A stretch of DNA of 63,824 nucleotides, filler included, from Octopus bimaculoides (taxonomy: Eukaryota), in NCBI RefSeq assembly GCF_001194135.2. It is 6 parts of 6 records of this genome, joined end to end, with 100 filler letters (N's around TTAATTAATTAA, not from the genome) between each part and the next. Parts side by side here need not be neighbours in the genome. Positions count along the whole stretch, not along the records: positions 22,043 to 42,638 come from NC_068991.1; 5 more parts are not named here. One strand, written 5' to 3'. How positions within the stretch are numbered: position 1 is the stretch's first letter; each line of letters starts with the position of its first letter. The notes under the pieces are model-generated. The model saw nothing but the letters and a program-made list of their open reading frames with translations, did not search any database and had not been told where the DNA came from. The position numbers and the translations under genes are program-made. Positions 22,336-35,347 of the stretch are shown one piece after another.

Positions 22336-25300
22336 TGTGTGTATGTGTGCGTGCATACATATATACATACATATATACATACATACATACACACATACAT
22401 ACACATATATAACTATGGGTGCGATTCGTCGTTATCAATCGGTGTTAAAACATCTGAATGTCATAGACAGGTGAGACAACTTGCCTCCAGTCATATGACT
22501 CTCAGGTGATTTTACATCCAATGCTGACAGGTAATCGTCTCCACAGCGGCGAAACGCAGCCAACAGGTGAAGAAATTTAATCCATTAATTTAGCGTGTAT
22601 ATGAAGATTTATGTATATGCATATATATATATATATATATATATATANNNNNNNNNNNNNNNNNNNNNNNNNNNNNNNNNNNNNNNNNNNNNNNNNNNNN
22701 NNNNNNNNNNNNNNNNNNNNNNNNNNNNNNNNNNNNNNNNNNNNNNNNNNNNNNNNNNNNNNNNNNNNNNNNNNNNNNNNNNNNNNNNNNNNNNNNNNNN
22801 NNNNNNNNNNNNNNNNNNNNNNNNNNNNNNNNNNNNNNNNNNNNNNNNNNNNNNNNNNNNNNNNNNNNNNNNNNNNNNNNNNNNNNNNNNNNNNNNNNNN
22901 NNNNNNNNNNNNNNNNNNNNNNNNNNNNNNNNNNNNNNNNNNNNNNNNNNNNNNNNNNNNNNNNNNNNNNNNNNNNNNNNNNNNNNNNNNNNNNNNNNNN
23001 NNNNNNNNNNNNNNNNNNNNNNNNNNNNNNNNNNNNNNNNTATATATATATATATATATATATTTAATATGTATGTATATATGTCTGTGTATATAGACGT
23101 ATGTTAAATTCATACTGATGTTGACCTTCCAACATCGCATTAGATTTGGTGGTTAAACACACCAAAGAACTGCAGGGTAACATATTGGTTTTGATTATGA
23201 TTCTTTGAATAGATTTTTCACTGCATATTGTAAGCCTCCTCAAATACTATTTCTGTTTGAAGTGTGCGTTACAAACACTATTTTCGTTCTTTTTTTGCTT
23301 TTCTCTTCTTTTTTTTTGTTTGTTTTTTCGCTTTTACATTGTACATAATGTTGTTCACGTGTTTCTCATGTTTTCTGAAAGTGATGCACATTCCGTGGAC
23401 ATTTTCTATATATGGAATAATTCTTTTCCAATGTTTATTCTTCGAGCAGAGATCTTTTGAAATTATCTACATACATTTGCTCTGGTTTTTTCAAACATAC
23501 ATACATACAAACATACATGCATACATACATACATACATACATACATACATACATACATACACATATACGTACGTACGTACGTACTTACGGACATACATAT
23601 TTACATACATACATGCAAACATACATACATATATACATGCACACAAGCATACAATAATATATATATATACGTACATACACAATTACATACATACCCACGT
23701 ACCTACATACACACATACACATCTACATTCATACACAATGCATACATATATACGCACTTATGTACATACATGCTTGCATTCATACATATACATGGTTGTA
23801 TGAGTATGTGTGTGTGTGTGTGTGTGCGTGTTTGTGTGTGTGTGTTTGTGTGCCGGTGTGTCTGTGTCAGAGTGCATATTTCTGGTTATTTCGCTCTTTT
23901 GTTCATGGTATTCTCATCTTCCTTATGATACGGATTTTGTTTACGATTCATTGTCCTCTTCCCGAGCGCTCTCTACCCGCTTTTCAACCGGTTAATTGAC
24001 GGCTAGAATGATTTATAGTCTGTATAATTACGTGTAATAACCATTCTACTGTCATATCAGCTTCGCACGATACGAACGTGTTAATACCTTGACAAAAGGA
24101 TTTATAACTGATTTTGTTAGGTGTGAGTTAAATGATGTAACTCCATAATGCTTTCCTTCGACAGTCGACTTGAAAGGGCTACATCTCTGTCAGCTTTGAT
24201 TTACATTTAGAACATTTACGCGTACAAGCTTTTGTGTCGTGTTGCCAATAGATGTGAACTTGGTGTTTGCGATGCAATCATACGATATCCTTAAAATAAT
24301 TAGAGTATGCACTGTTCATTACGATCTATGTGTTTAGAAAAGTGTATCCGAAACGGTTACCACTGTGTAGTTCCATTTCTTTAAAAAATCATGTTTATCT
24401 TCGTGTAACACTTTAGAGAATTTCAACTTGGAGTAACTCTCTAATACCATTTGCCTAGTAGCAGATTTCCACTATGAACATTTTAGCCCATTCAGGTGTA
24501 TTATCAGACCGAATGAGATGCCCTGGACAGAAAACTTTGGCATTAAATGCAGTTATAATTTGGTAACTGGCAAACAACGCTCACCATGTATTTTTATTCC
24601 GTGGGTATTAAAAGTGTGTATTTCGCAAACATTGTATCACACTGCATTGCCAATAGCGTCAGTCTTAATAGTACTGTATCATATCTAAAGATAAAATATT
24701 TAAATATTTAGTGTTATTCAGGTAATATAGCATCTGGATTAGTTCTATGAATGTACAATCCAAACTAATTCTCTGAAATATTCAGAAATTATTTATGGAT
24801 GTAATAATAATGAGCAATAATCTTAATATTTGCTGCGGTCAACATAAATTGAACCATAAATACTTAATATAAATACATGATATATAACCTGCAATGAAGA
24901 AGGCAAACGGTGAATCATATTCATAAAATTTATATACAAAACGTTATCAATGTTGCTGGCAGTATGACAACATATCACCTTTTATCAAAACTTAAAATAT
25001 TTAATTCAATATTGACACGTCATTTAGATAGCGTAATCACTTGTCCCAGACTTGTAAATGTTACACATTCGGTTAAATTATTGAACTTTAAACTACATGT
25101 ATCTTGTAACTATTATATTACTGGAATATATGGTATTGATAAAACTTGGAAGTAGAGTTACTATGTGCCGTGTGAATCTACTTTTATATTAAACTTGAGA
25201 GAATTCATCGAGTGATTTAATGATCCAAGGACAGTTGTTCAGTTAAGAATTGTAGATATTTAATTTAGTAACAAAACACAGCAGCATTAATCTGACATAA

Positions 25301-25671
25301 AACTGCATGAAGTCAGTAGTGATGTGTTAGGTTTAACGTTTTACCTGTTTCATTTATCGATCCTGCGGCGGCCATGCTTGAGCAGCGTCTAGAAGACTTT
25401 AGTTGAAAAAATCGACCAGAATTACATATTTTTTATGTGATCTCTGTAAGCTTTCGGTCCCTTTTCATTTGTATCTCTCTGTGTGTCTACCTGTTTGTTT
25501 TTCATCTGTCTCACTATCTATCTATTTGTATAGTGGTATTAGTTACACCAGAACAATACAAGTTTCATGGACGCAAGAGTGGGGCTGAGTCTGTTCAAAC
25601 CATATCCACTATAATAATAAACCCCATCCGTCATATGTGGTAACATGTTCAGCGTTTAAAAAAGTGAAAGG

Positions 25672-25985
25672 GAATAAATCCGCCACAGAAAATCCGGATG
25701 GATAGATTCTAAAGAAAATATGCAGTCACGTTTAAACAAATTGCGCCACCCCGTGCTGTTTTGTGGATACTATGGACGTATTAAATTGTGTTCCTTTCGT
25801 GGCTTATCCGAGAGTTGAGTGTTTAAAAATGGCTATGGAAATAAATTCCCTACAGAAAATCCGGTGGGAGAGATCCTAAGGAAAATATACAGAATTACCT
25901 TTATTCAATGTAAGGCATTACGTGCGGTTCCATGGATACAATAGGAAAGTTGTCTTTTTTTCGTGGCACATCCGTAGTTGGAGAA
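25672..25985. repeat. Diverged tandem duplication, period 167 bp
   Basis: ACAGAAAATCC at 25685 and 25852, with shared CTAA.GAAAATAT, TGGATAC and TTTCGTGGC..ATCCG downstream. Confidence 0.75.
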
Positions 25986-26983
25986 GGGGTATGTACAATT
26001 GGGGCTAGGCGCTTGCTTCTGGATTCACACTGGCCAGGCACACAAGAGGTGATTAAGTTAGCTTCTCTACAGTACTGTCAAACAATAATGGTCAAGTGAC
26101 CAGATCATTAATACGTCATTGTAACAGTGGCTCAGTAACACGTTCGTTTCCATTTACCTGCATTTTCCAATAAATGGAACCGTTTTACCCGCAAGGGATT
26201 CTATACTACATACATAGAATTTTACGGATAGAATAAGAGTTACAAACAGACTTAAGAGTAGTAATTTTCACAATTACAATAACTGTACCAGAGATAATAT
26301 GAATGGGAATACGCTTAGAGGAAATTTTGCAATGCTGATGAGGAATTAAGCACAAATAAGTCTATATCTGATTTCTACACTGTTAACAAACGCAAACGGA
26401 CTTCATGCAGCATATATTGGAAGCTCTTTAGCATTGGCCGGCATTGTTCCAGAGGAAAACCAAGACTACGTATATAATTGGGGTTTAAGTACACACATGA
26501 GGCCATATTAGGTGCGACTTCGGCAGAACAACTACAGACAATTAACGACATGTTCACATATATGCACAGACAGAAGGAACTAACAATTGAGCGTGTCCGT
26601 GCATATATATATGTATATACATATAAAAATAAAATATGCAACTGTATTATATTTGTTTTTTCAACATTGATGTTTGCCAACAGATATACGCGTATGTGTG
26701 TGTGCGTGAGTGTGTATGTGTGTGTGTGTGTGTACATAATGTGCGTGGGGGTGTGTTTGTGCCAATATATTGGTCGACATATTTGCATGTGTATATGTGT
26801 GCATAGGTGTATGTTCATGAACATCTATGTGCAAATAACAATGGGCTATTAATATTTTAGTATATGCATAGGCGAAGATGAATGTATAAAACCACAAATA
26901 TTCATACTACAAACAAGCCGACATATGTATATATATGCGTGTGTGTATAAATATATATATACACGTACACGTATATATGTATG

Positions 26984-27018
<35 letters not shown>

Positions 27019-27963
27019 NNNNNNNNNNNNNNNNNNNNNNNNNNNNNNNNNNNNNNNNNNNNNNNNNNNNNNNNNNNNNNNNNNNNNNNNNNNNNNNNNN
27101 NNNNNNNNNNNNNNNNNNNNNNNNNNNNNNNNNNNNNNNNNNNNNNNNNNNNNNNNNNNNNNNNNNNNNNNNNNNNNNNNNNNNNNNNNNNNNNNNNNNN
27201 NNNNNNNNNNNNNNNNNNNNNNNNNNNNNNNNNNNNNNNNNNNNNNNNNNNNNNNNNNNNNNNNNNNNNNNNNNNNNNNNNNNNNNNNNNNNNNNNNNNN
27301 NNNNNNNNNNNNNNNNNNNNNNNNNNNNNNNNNNNNNNNNNNNNNNNNNNNNNNNNNNNNNNNNNNNNNNNNNNNNNNNNNNNNNNNNNNNNNNNNNNNN
27401 NNNNNNNNNNNNNNNNNNNNNNNNNNNNNNNNNNNNNNNNNNNNNNNNNNNNNNNNNNNNNNNNNNNNNNNNNNNNNNNNNNNNNNNNNNNNNNNNNNNN
27501 NNNNNNNNNNNNNNNNNNNNNNNNNNNNNNNNNNNNNNNTATATATATACATATGTGTGTGTGTATGTATGTGTGTATACATATGCAATTTTATAAAGAT
27601 AAAATGTAAGTATTAGCCCACACAAAGAAAGATGGCAAATATCAACTATTACATAAGAGACAAGAAAAACACTACATACACGGTACCAATGTTTCTTTGA
27701 TATGATTTACCATTATTGATTAATAAATGGATAGACGTTTCTTCCACTTCGCCAATTTGAATGGTTGCTGCGGCAACTTTTCGATCATTAAACCAACTTC
27801 TAAAAGCTTCTTTTCATGGGAAGAGAGGTATGAATATTTCGGAAGGAAATAAACAAAAACTCGCTGTGTGTACGTGTGTGCGTGTATGTGGAAATCTATA
27901 TATGTGTATGAATGTAATTGTGGTTGTATAATTAAATATATATATACATGTGTGCGTATGTGT

Positions 27964-28008
<45 letters not shown>

Positions 28009-29362
28009 AGTGTGTGCGAGTTTGTGTGTATATATATATTTATAAGCAGGCACATGCACGCAGACAGAAACAAACATACACGTGCGCATAGATACATACA
28101 TGTATATATANNNNNNNNNNNNNNNNNNNNNNNNNNNNNNNNNNNNNNNNNNNNNNNNNNNNNNNNNNNNNNNNNNNNNNNNNNNNNNNNNNNNNNNNNN
28201 NNNNNNNNNNNNNNNNNNNNNNNNNNNNNNNNNNNNNNNNNNNNNNNNNNNNNNNNNNNNNNNNNNNNNNNNNNNNNNNNNNNNNNNNNNNNNNNNNNNN
28301 NNNNNNNNNNNNNNNNNNNNNNNNNNNNNNNNNNNNNNNNNNNNNNNNNNNNNNNNNNNNNNNNNNNNNNNNNNNNNNNNNNNNNNNNNNNNNNNNNNNN
28401 NNNNNNNNNNNNNNNNNNNNNNNNNNNNNNNNNNNNNNNNNNNNNNNNNNNNNNNNNNNNNNNNNNNNNNNNNNNNNNNNNNNNNNNNNNNNNNNNNNNN
28501 NNNNNNNNNNNNNNNNNNNNNNNNNNNNNNNNNNNNNNNNNNNNNNNNNNNNNNNNNNNNNNNNNNNNNNNNNNNNNNNNNNNNNNNNNNNNNNNNNNNN
28601 NNNNNNNNNNNNNNTATATATATATATATATACACATACACATATATATATGTATATATATATGTGTGTGTGTATATATATAGGTATATAAATGTATATA
28701 TAGAGACAGAGAAAGAGAGAGAATGAGAGAGCAAGATGAATTGGAACGGGCATTTTGTACCTCTCCTAATACACTTTTCAGACGCACACGCACACACTCA
28801 AGCAGTCACTCACACATTGTGTGTGTGTGTGTGTGGTGTGTGTGTGTGTATGTGTGTGTGTGTGTGTGTGTGTGCCTATTCAACAATATCGGTTATAATA
28901 CATCTTTTGTTTCCTTTGTATATTCCTCAGAATATTTTTGAAATACCTTAATATTTCAGAAATTTACCTCATTAATTCTTGTATGTTTTTCTAAGTAAAT
29001 ATATATATATATGTTTATAAAAATACATTCATATAAATTATATAGTTGTATATATATATGTATACACGCACACACACACGTGCGTGTATGTGTCTTTGTG
29101 TGTCTGTATGTGTAATGAACCTCTTTTCCTTCAAACGTGAGCCGATATGAACATAAAGGACTAATAAATATCAAAAATGGTTAATAAGAGAACATTGAAC
29201 GGGAACGCACTCATATCTACAATTTACTAGGCAGTTAGTGATGCACACACACACATACACATACACATACACATAAATCCCAATACACACCTACGAACAA
29301 CCGCAACTACTCTTGTACAACATCATTACAACCTACATTATATTCTATAATATATACATTCA

Positions 29363-29445
<83 letters not shown>

Positions 29446-29689
29446 CTGTATGTGTGCATAAATACACGTGCTTATGTACATTTTTCTACATTCATAGTGA
29501 CTTGCATATATACATTCTCGCCATATTAGTTATAAAGTTCTAATTACAATTTCCTAATTGTTTCATCGGCGGCTCAGTACTTAGCTGTATCTATTTCGTT
29601 TTCGTGCTTTTGTGTTTTAAAAACATCTTGTAGTTCCTGAAGAGGGACCTTCACCGTTTTGGTTCTCTCAGAATAACCATTGAGTAACC

Positions 29690-30106
29690 AGAATTATATT
29701 CCTGGAATGATGTACTAAAGTTTGGCACTGAAAGTTACACAAACAGCAGAATAGGATGTCATTGCACAGTGCTAGAAATCCGAAAATCATCATCCATATA
29801 CAGGACGAGATAGTGCAGCATCGTCGGTTTCAAGGGTCTACAGCTCTTCAGTATCCTCCCCAAAATCCTGAGAACTCTCCGTGGAATGAAGATAGGTGAC
29901 TACAAAACAAAACTGGATCTCATCCTGTCAAGAGTTTCAGATGAAATTACCTCACTGCAAGAAACGCAGATGAGGGCAGCAGAACAAAACTGCTTCATTT
30001 ATTAATTACCACATATCTGAGGAGGTTTCAATGAACGTGTAGCAAAGTTGACGGCGGTGCACCAGCATGACCGCACCTCATGACCTGAAACTATTCAAAA
30101 AAGTAA
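29690..30106 (+). mobile_element. CR1/L2-group LINE 3' end (ORF2 C-terminus plus tail)
   Basis: Frame 29724-30005: GTESYTNSRIGCHC...GFKGLQLFSILPKILRTL...YKTKLDLILSRVSDE...MRAA, resembling GPxLFNxLP...FKxKLDxxLxxVPDEP of CR1/L2-group ORF2; one in-frame stop; clade not resolved. Confidence 0.82.
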
Positions 30107-31085
30107 AGTGTTATATAAACTACCACATTGATTCCTATTATACATATCAACCGTGGAATCCGATGTACAAGACATATATGATATCAATTCTGATTCACGG
30201 GGGAATGGTTAAAATAGAAAAATATCCCTTATATCTCAGTTTATACAGGTGGGATTTTGTTTTTCTGGAGGTTACATTTCAGGTTCTATGATAAAAAAAA
30301 AAAAGAAATTCATGTTTCCTTCTTCCCAAAATTCATTTTATAGAGGGCAACGCTCCGATGTTTTATATGTGATTATGTCTATGTATTTATATATGATCGT
30401 AACTTGTATCCTTCAGATATCTGTATTCGCTACACTTCGTAAATCCTGAATGATTTTCACATTTGGAGTGTGAATTATGTAGTTTGAACCAAATTATTGT
30501 GAAGTTTCATAAAGCACATCACTATTGGGAGACATCGTTGACTACCATGGCATATTATGAATATAGAGCAGCGAGCCACCAGTGTTAGGTATAGTGTTAA
30601 GATGTCTGGACGTGATTTGTGTCAGATTTATGTTTAGGAAGTGGAGCAGCCGCATAGAAACAGCCATTATACATACTGCTCAATGTCTATAATCTAGACA
30701 AAACTCTAAACAAATATGAAATCACAAGATTGTAATAGTCGTGCATTAATAAATATTCTCTTTCATAGCATTAATATAAGGCATTGATAATTAAATGTAT
30801 GAAAATGCTATATTGTATTATATCAAATGTAGTTTACAGACGTTTGTAGCTTTAACATTACATATTCTCGCTCTAATAATGTTTATTTTTCTATTTCTGG
30901 TTATTTTTTCAGATATTCTCTCATCAAATTGGAGCCTTGAAGTGGAGCAAATGTCTTAGTCGATTCATCGGTTCGGATAAAAGCACATACATATGTAAAT
31001 ATCCATGTGTTTGCCTATGTATGTGTATATATATATGCATGCATATATGTGTGTATGTATGTACATATCTATCAATATATATATT

Positions 31086-31168
<83 letters not shown>

Positions 31169-31247
31169 GTATATCTATATATATATCCTTCTCCCATTCT
31201 CGCACCTTCACTCTTGCCGCCACTCGGACACGGTTTTATTAACAGTA

Positions 31248-31294
<47 letters not shown>

Positions 31295-32177
31295 CACAGA
31301 GAGAGAAAGAGAGGGGTATAGATAGACAGACAGATAGAAATACATATGTTTTCTTATACTTTCCTTTCAAAAGAACGTACAGTTGTGCGTGATAGATATT
31401 GACTGCTATTTCTGCTGTCCAGACTCCTGCATATAAGTTGTTTTGTCGCTTCGGCTCAGATGGAATCGTTTTGTTCCAATGGTTTTCAAACAAGTTCGTA
31501 CATTTTAATGAAAAATCTGACATGGTCTTCACTCTCATGTGTATCACTTATTGTGGTCGTTTAATTTGGAACGATTTCTATTTATGCGACACTATTTCAA
31601 CCTCATGCGACACACATTCTTTTAAGTCACTGGCAATACTCATTAGAGAGTTCGATTTTCCCTTCAGAGTCGCTCATTTGAATTTAATAACGTGTCCAGT
31701 CTTTTACTCTAAGTAATGAGAAACACCTTATTGAATACACTGATTCACCTCTTACTGACAAGAATTGTTTACAAACCGGAAACTTATAAGTGCGAAGTAC
31801 TTTGACGACATTTCAAGTGAACTGCTTGTTAGAACTTTTCAGTTAATGATTAAAGTGACTTTATTACGCTGTGTACACTAGCATGTCCGTCGAGATATGG
31901 CATTTGTTTCAGCGGTAATTATGTGATAAATCATGTAAGGTTTATAATAGACTCAAAACTATAGCCAAACCTCCCTTAAATCCAACACTAAAGACATCTA
32001 TTCAAAAGGATAAAGACTATATTGACTAAAAATGTGTTAGATATACGTCCTTGCAATGAAATGTGATGGCTGCAGGAGCGGTGTGGTTGAGGCATTCACA
32101 ATCGAAACATTACGGTTTCGATTACAATCTGGTAATGTGTTTTGTTTAAATAATAATGTTAATATAAAAAATGGATA

Positions 32178-32392
32178 CGACGGTGGGATAGCAAAAGGGT
32201 TAGCACGCCAGGAAAATGTTAAGTGGCAATTCGTCAGTTTTTATTGTCGGAGTTCAAATTCCGCCAAAGGCTACTTTGATTTTCATTCCTATCGAGGTCG
32301 ATGAAATAAGTACCATTTGATCACTGGAGTCAATGTGGTCGACTTTGATCTTCTTTGGAAATTGCTGGCCTTGTGTCAAAATTTGAGACCAA
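32178..32392 (+). mobile_element. SINE-A, diverged
   Basis: GTTAGCACGCCAGG...GGAGTTCAAATTCCGCC...GAGGTCGATGAAATAAGTACC...GCTGGCCTTGTG. Confidence 0.85.
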
Positions 32393-32408
32393 TATTACAA
32401 AGAAGTTA

Positions 32409-32630
32409 GGCCGCGAGATGGCAAAATCATTAACACGCCGGTCAACATGTTTTATAACAATTCGTCCGTCAAAATGCTCAACAGCATCTTAACGCGTTTA
32501 ATTCAATTTCCGCCCAGGTAGATCAGCTTTGCCTTTCATCGTTAGTAGCAGTTGAGCACTGAGGTCGATATAATCGATATATACGCTGTAACCGAATTCG
32601 TTGGTTCTGTGCCAAGATTTAAAACCAATA
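32409..32630 (+). mobile_element. SINE-A, diverged, tandem to the previous copy
   Basis: GGCCGCGAGATGGCAAAATC...CTTTGCCTTTCATC...GAGGTCGATATAATCGA...TGTGCCAAGATTT. Confidence 0.75.
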
Positions 32631-32681
32631 AAATAAGGAATTTATTTTAATTTTTGGCAGAAAGCAACTAATTTTGAGGAA

Positions 32682-32830
32682 AGTGGTCAATTGTTAGCAT
32701 TTTTATCTTTCGCGAAGGGACGAAAAACAAAGTTGAACTCAGCGGTATTTGAACTCAGAATGGAAAGTGCAAGAAGAAAATGCCACCAAGTCCCTCGTTT
32801 AATATAACGAACACCAAGGCATGTACCATC
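32682..32830 (-). mobile_element. SINE-A partial, inverted relative to the two upstream copies
   Basis: AAAGTTGAACTCAGCGGTATTTGAACTCAGAATG is the reverse complement of the B-box region. Confidence 0.6.
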
Positions 32831-33373
32831 CGCATTCCCCATCTTATGTGGGGCGATATACATAAGTTTAATTTTGTCCGCAAACACTCAAATGGAACAA
32901 ATATATTTTGGTACTTCGTCCTTTGTGGATATCAAGTGATATTTTAAATCGCAAACTAACATTGACGTGCTCTCTGGAGATTGAAACGGAATCACAGAAT
33001 CATTGCCATAAGGTAGCCAATTTCTCATCGATCGTTGGTTTCATACAAAACAGTTTGGAATTCTATATAAATCAGACGAAACATTGAAAGAAAATACGGA
33101 GGTGCCAACTTCAGTATGAAAAAAATATTCATAAAAGGGATATTAACAAAGAGACGGTAACAGATTTGTCTGCAATGACTGATGTTAGTTAATTCACAGT
33201 TCTTTCTTCAAAATTCCTTGTCTTCCATTATCTTTCTTCCTCCTTATCCTTCTCTTTCACGACATCCCTCTCTGCTCTCACGAATACACGCATTTTCACG
33301 CATGCATAAATGAGTATATACACGCATAAACTTATAAAGACGCATATATACATACATATAAAACCATCATAAA

Positions 33374-33432
<59 letters not shown>

Positions 33433-35264
33433 GTTTATGTATGTGCGTACTCTGCTTTACATTGTATTATGTATGAATTATATTATATTTAAATATCCGT
33501 TTCATAATACATCAATTTTATCCATCAATGGGTGTTTATTTCAACTAATTATTTATAGATGAAGACAGATATCCCATGTATTATTTGTATTAAATTAGAC
33601 TATTATGAAATAATAGAATTTGTTTGTCCACTATATTTTCATACGATTATTTAGGTATTTTTGTAATGATTTACCTTTAAATGACACATGGTCCCAATGA
33701 AAAGTTTAAGGTCAACATCGTTTGTAGAAACATTCATTTTAAAGAATATTATTGCTTCGCTCAGAAATAATGATTCATATAGCCGTCATATAGCCTGAAA
33801 TAAGTAAATCAGATACGTTAATTTGTCAGGTATAGACAGACCCTTACGAATTCAACCTTTAATGTAGAAAACATCATACCTTCAACGCAACTAGATGCTC
33901 ACATATATAAATAGAGAGTGAGGGAGAGAAAGAGACGAAAGAGGACATTACAATTTATTTATTGATGATGATTGACATAAACGTTTTCTCTCTTCTTATA
34001 CAGATAAAGAGAAATAGGACAAAGACGCAGAAGAACGAGAGAAACAATAAAACGTCTGCAGTCAAATAAGCCAGCGTCGAATCAATGACAGAAAATGAGC
34101 GTTACCAAAACGACGGTGCCAAAAGATCTACACGTAAAATAAATATATCAGAACAAATATAATGTAATTAATAAATTAATGCTAACGTTTCATTAATTGA
34201 ATGTACTCTCCCTCATCAAATATATTACCATATTAGATTAGCCCATAATCTACAACATAAGTTGTAGATTATTTAACAAAAGTAAATGAGTTGTTTCAGT
34301 ATGGTTTTTCCCCCTCCTGAACTGAGGAGGCTGATGGTATTCACGTGAAGGTTCGTGTTTTGGATTTTGAGCCGAGTTGTGTAAATATGAAACGAATCTT
34401 GAAGAACTTTACTTTAAGGAAAGCGTGTTGCACTGGATAATATTGCAAGGGATTAAGAGATTAGGTGTACGATTGCATCACTGGTACAGATAAAGGCAAT
34501 TGGAGAATTCGTTATAAGAGTGTTAAACGAAATAGACGAAATATGCAGTACGTAGAAAAATAGTCTAATACATTGGTCTGTCAATGATTAGTTGCTATAA
34601 TGTCTACGAAGTATCTGCGTACAGAAACTGTACTAATTAATACCTTCTTCGTGAGCAGGACTATAAAGCGAGACATAGTTGAACAATGAATCTATGTTTA
34701 ATATTTCTACGAATATTATCTGCAATAGGTAGTTATGAAATAAAGCGTTGTATTATATGAGGTAAAAGCAGTGTTAAATAGTGTAAAACATAGGTATATA
34801 CTTTCCAGTCTAAGTCACATAAGAGTTTAGATGAATACCAGAACAGAAAAAGGACAAACAAATGCAATAGACCAACTTTGAAACATACTAATATGACGAG
34901 AAACAAAACACGAATCTATAAATAACGTAAATAGAGGTCGTATAAATAAATAACATAATACCATAACATACATACTCTTCAACGAAACACTGCAGGTGTG
35001 AAATCTTTGGATACAATTAACTTCGGAATCAAAAGACAGCTGGAGAGTATATTTGAAGGAAATCGAATTTCGGATTGCATGATGGCGGGCGAAGTGAAAA
35101 TGGTTTTGTTGAAATTTTCACTGACTTGTATTGAAATCAGATAGAATTTTCAGATCTTCTGATTCACTGTTTACTCACTTCATATTATTGATATTATTGT
35201 TGTTGTCTCTGTTGTTACAAGAAGTATAATAGTTGTTGTTGTTGTTGTTATTATTGTTATCATT

Positions 35265-35347
<83 letters not shown>

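Noticed and set aside
34004-34134. Strong acceptor followed by ATG...MTENERYQNDGAKRST and a GTAAAA donor
   Set aside because: Isolated; no downstream partner I can support and no recognisable product.
34245-34272. 12-bp perfect hairpin ATAATCTACAAC-ATAA-GTTGTAGATTAT
   Set aside because: AT-rich and plausible by chance in 64 kb; no supporting context.
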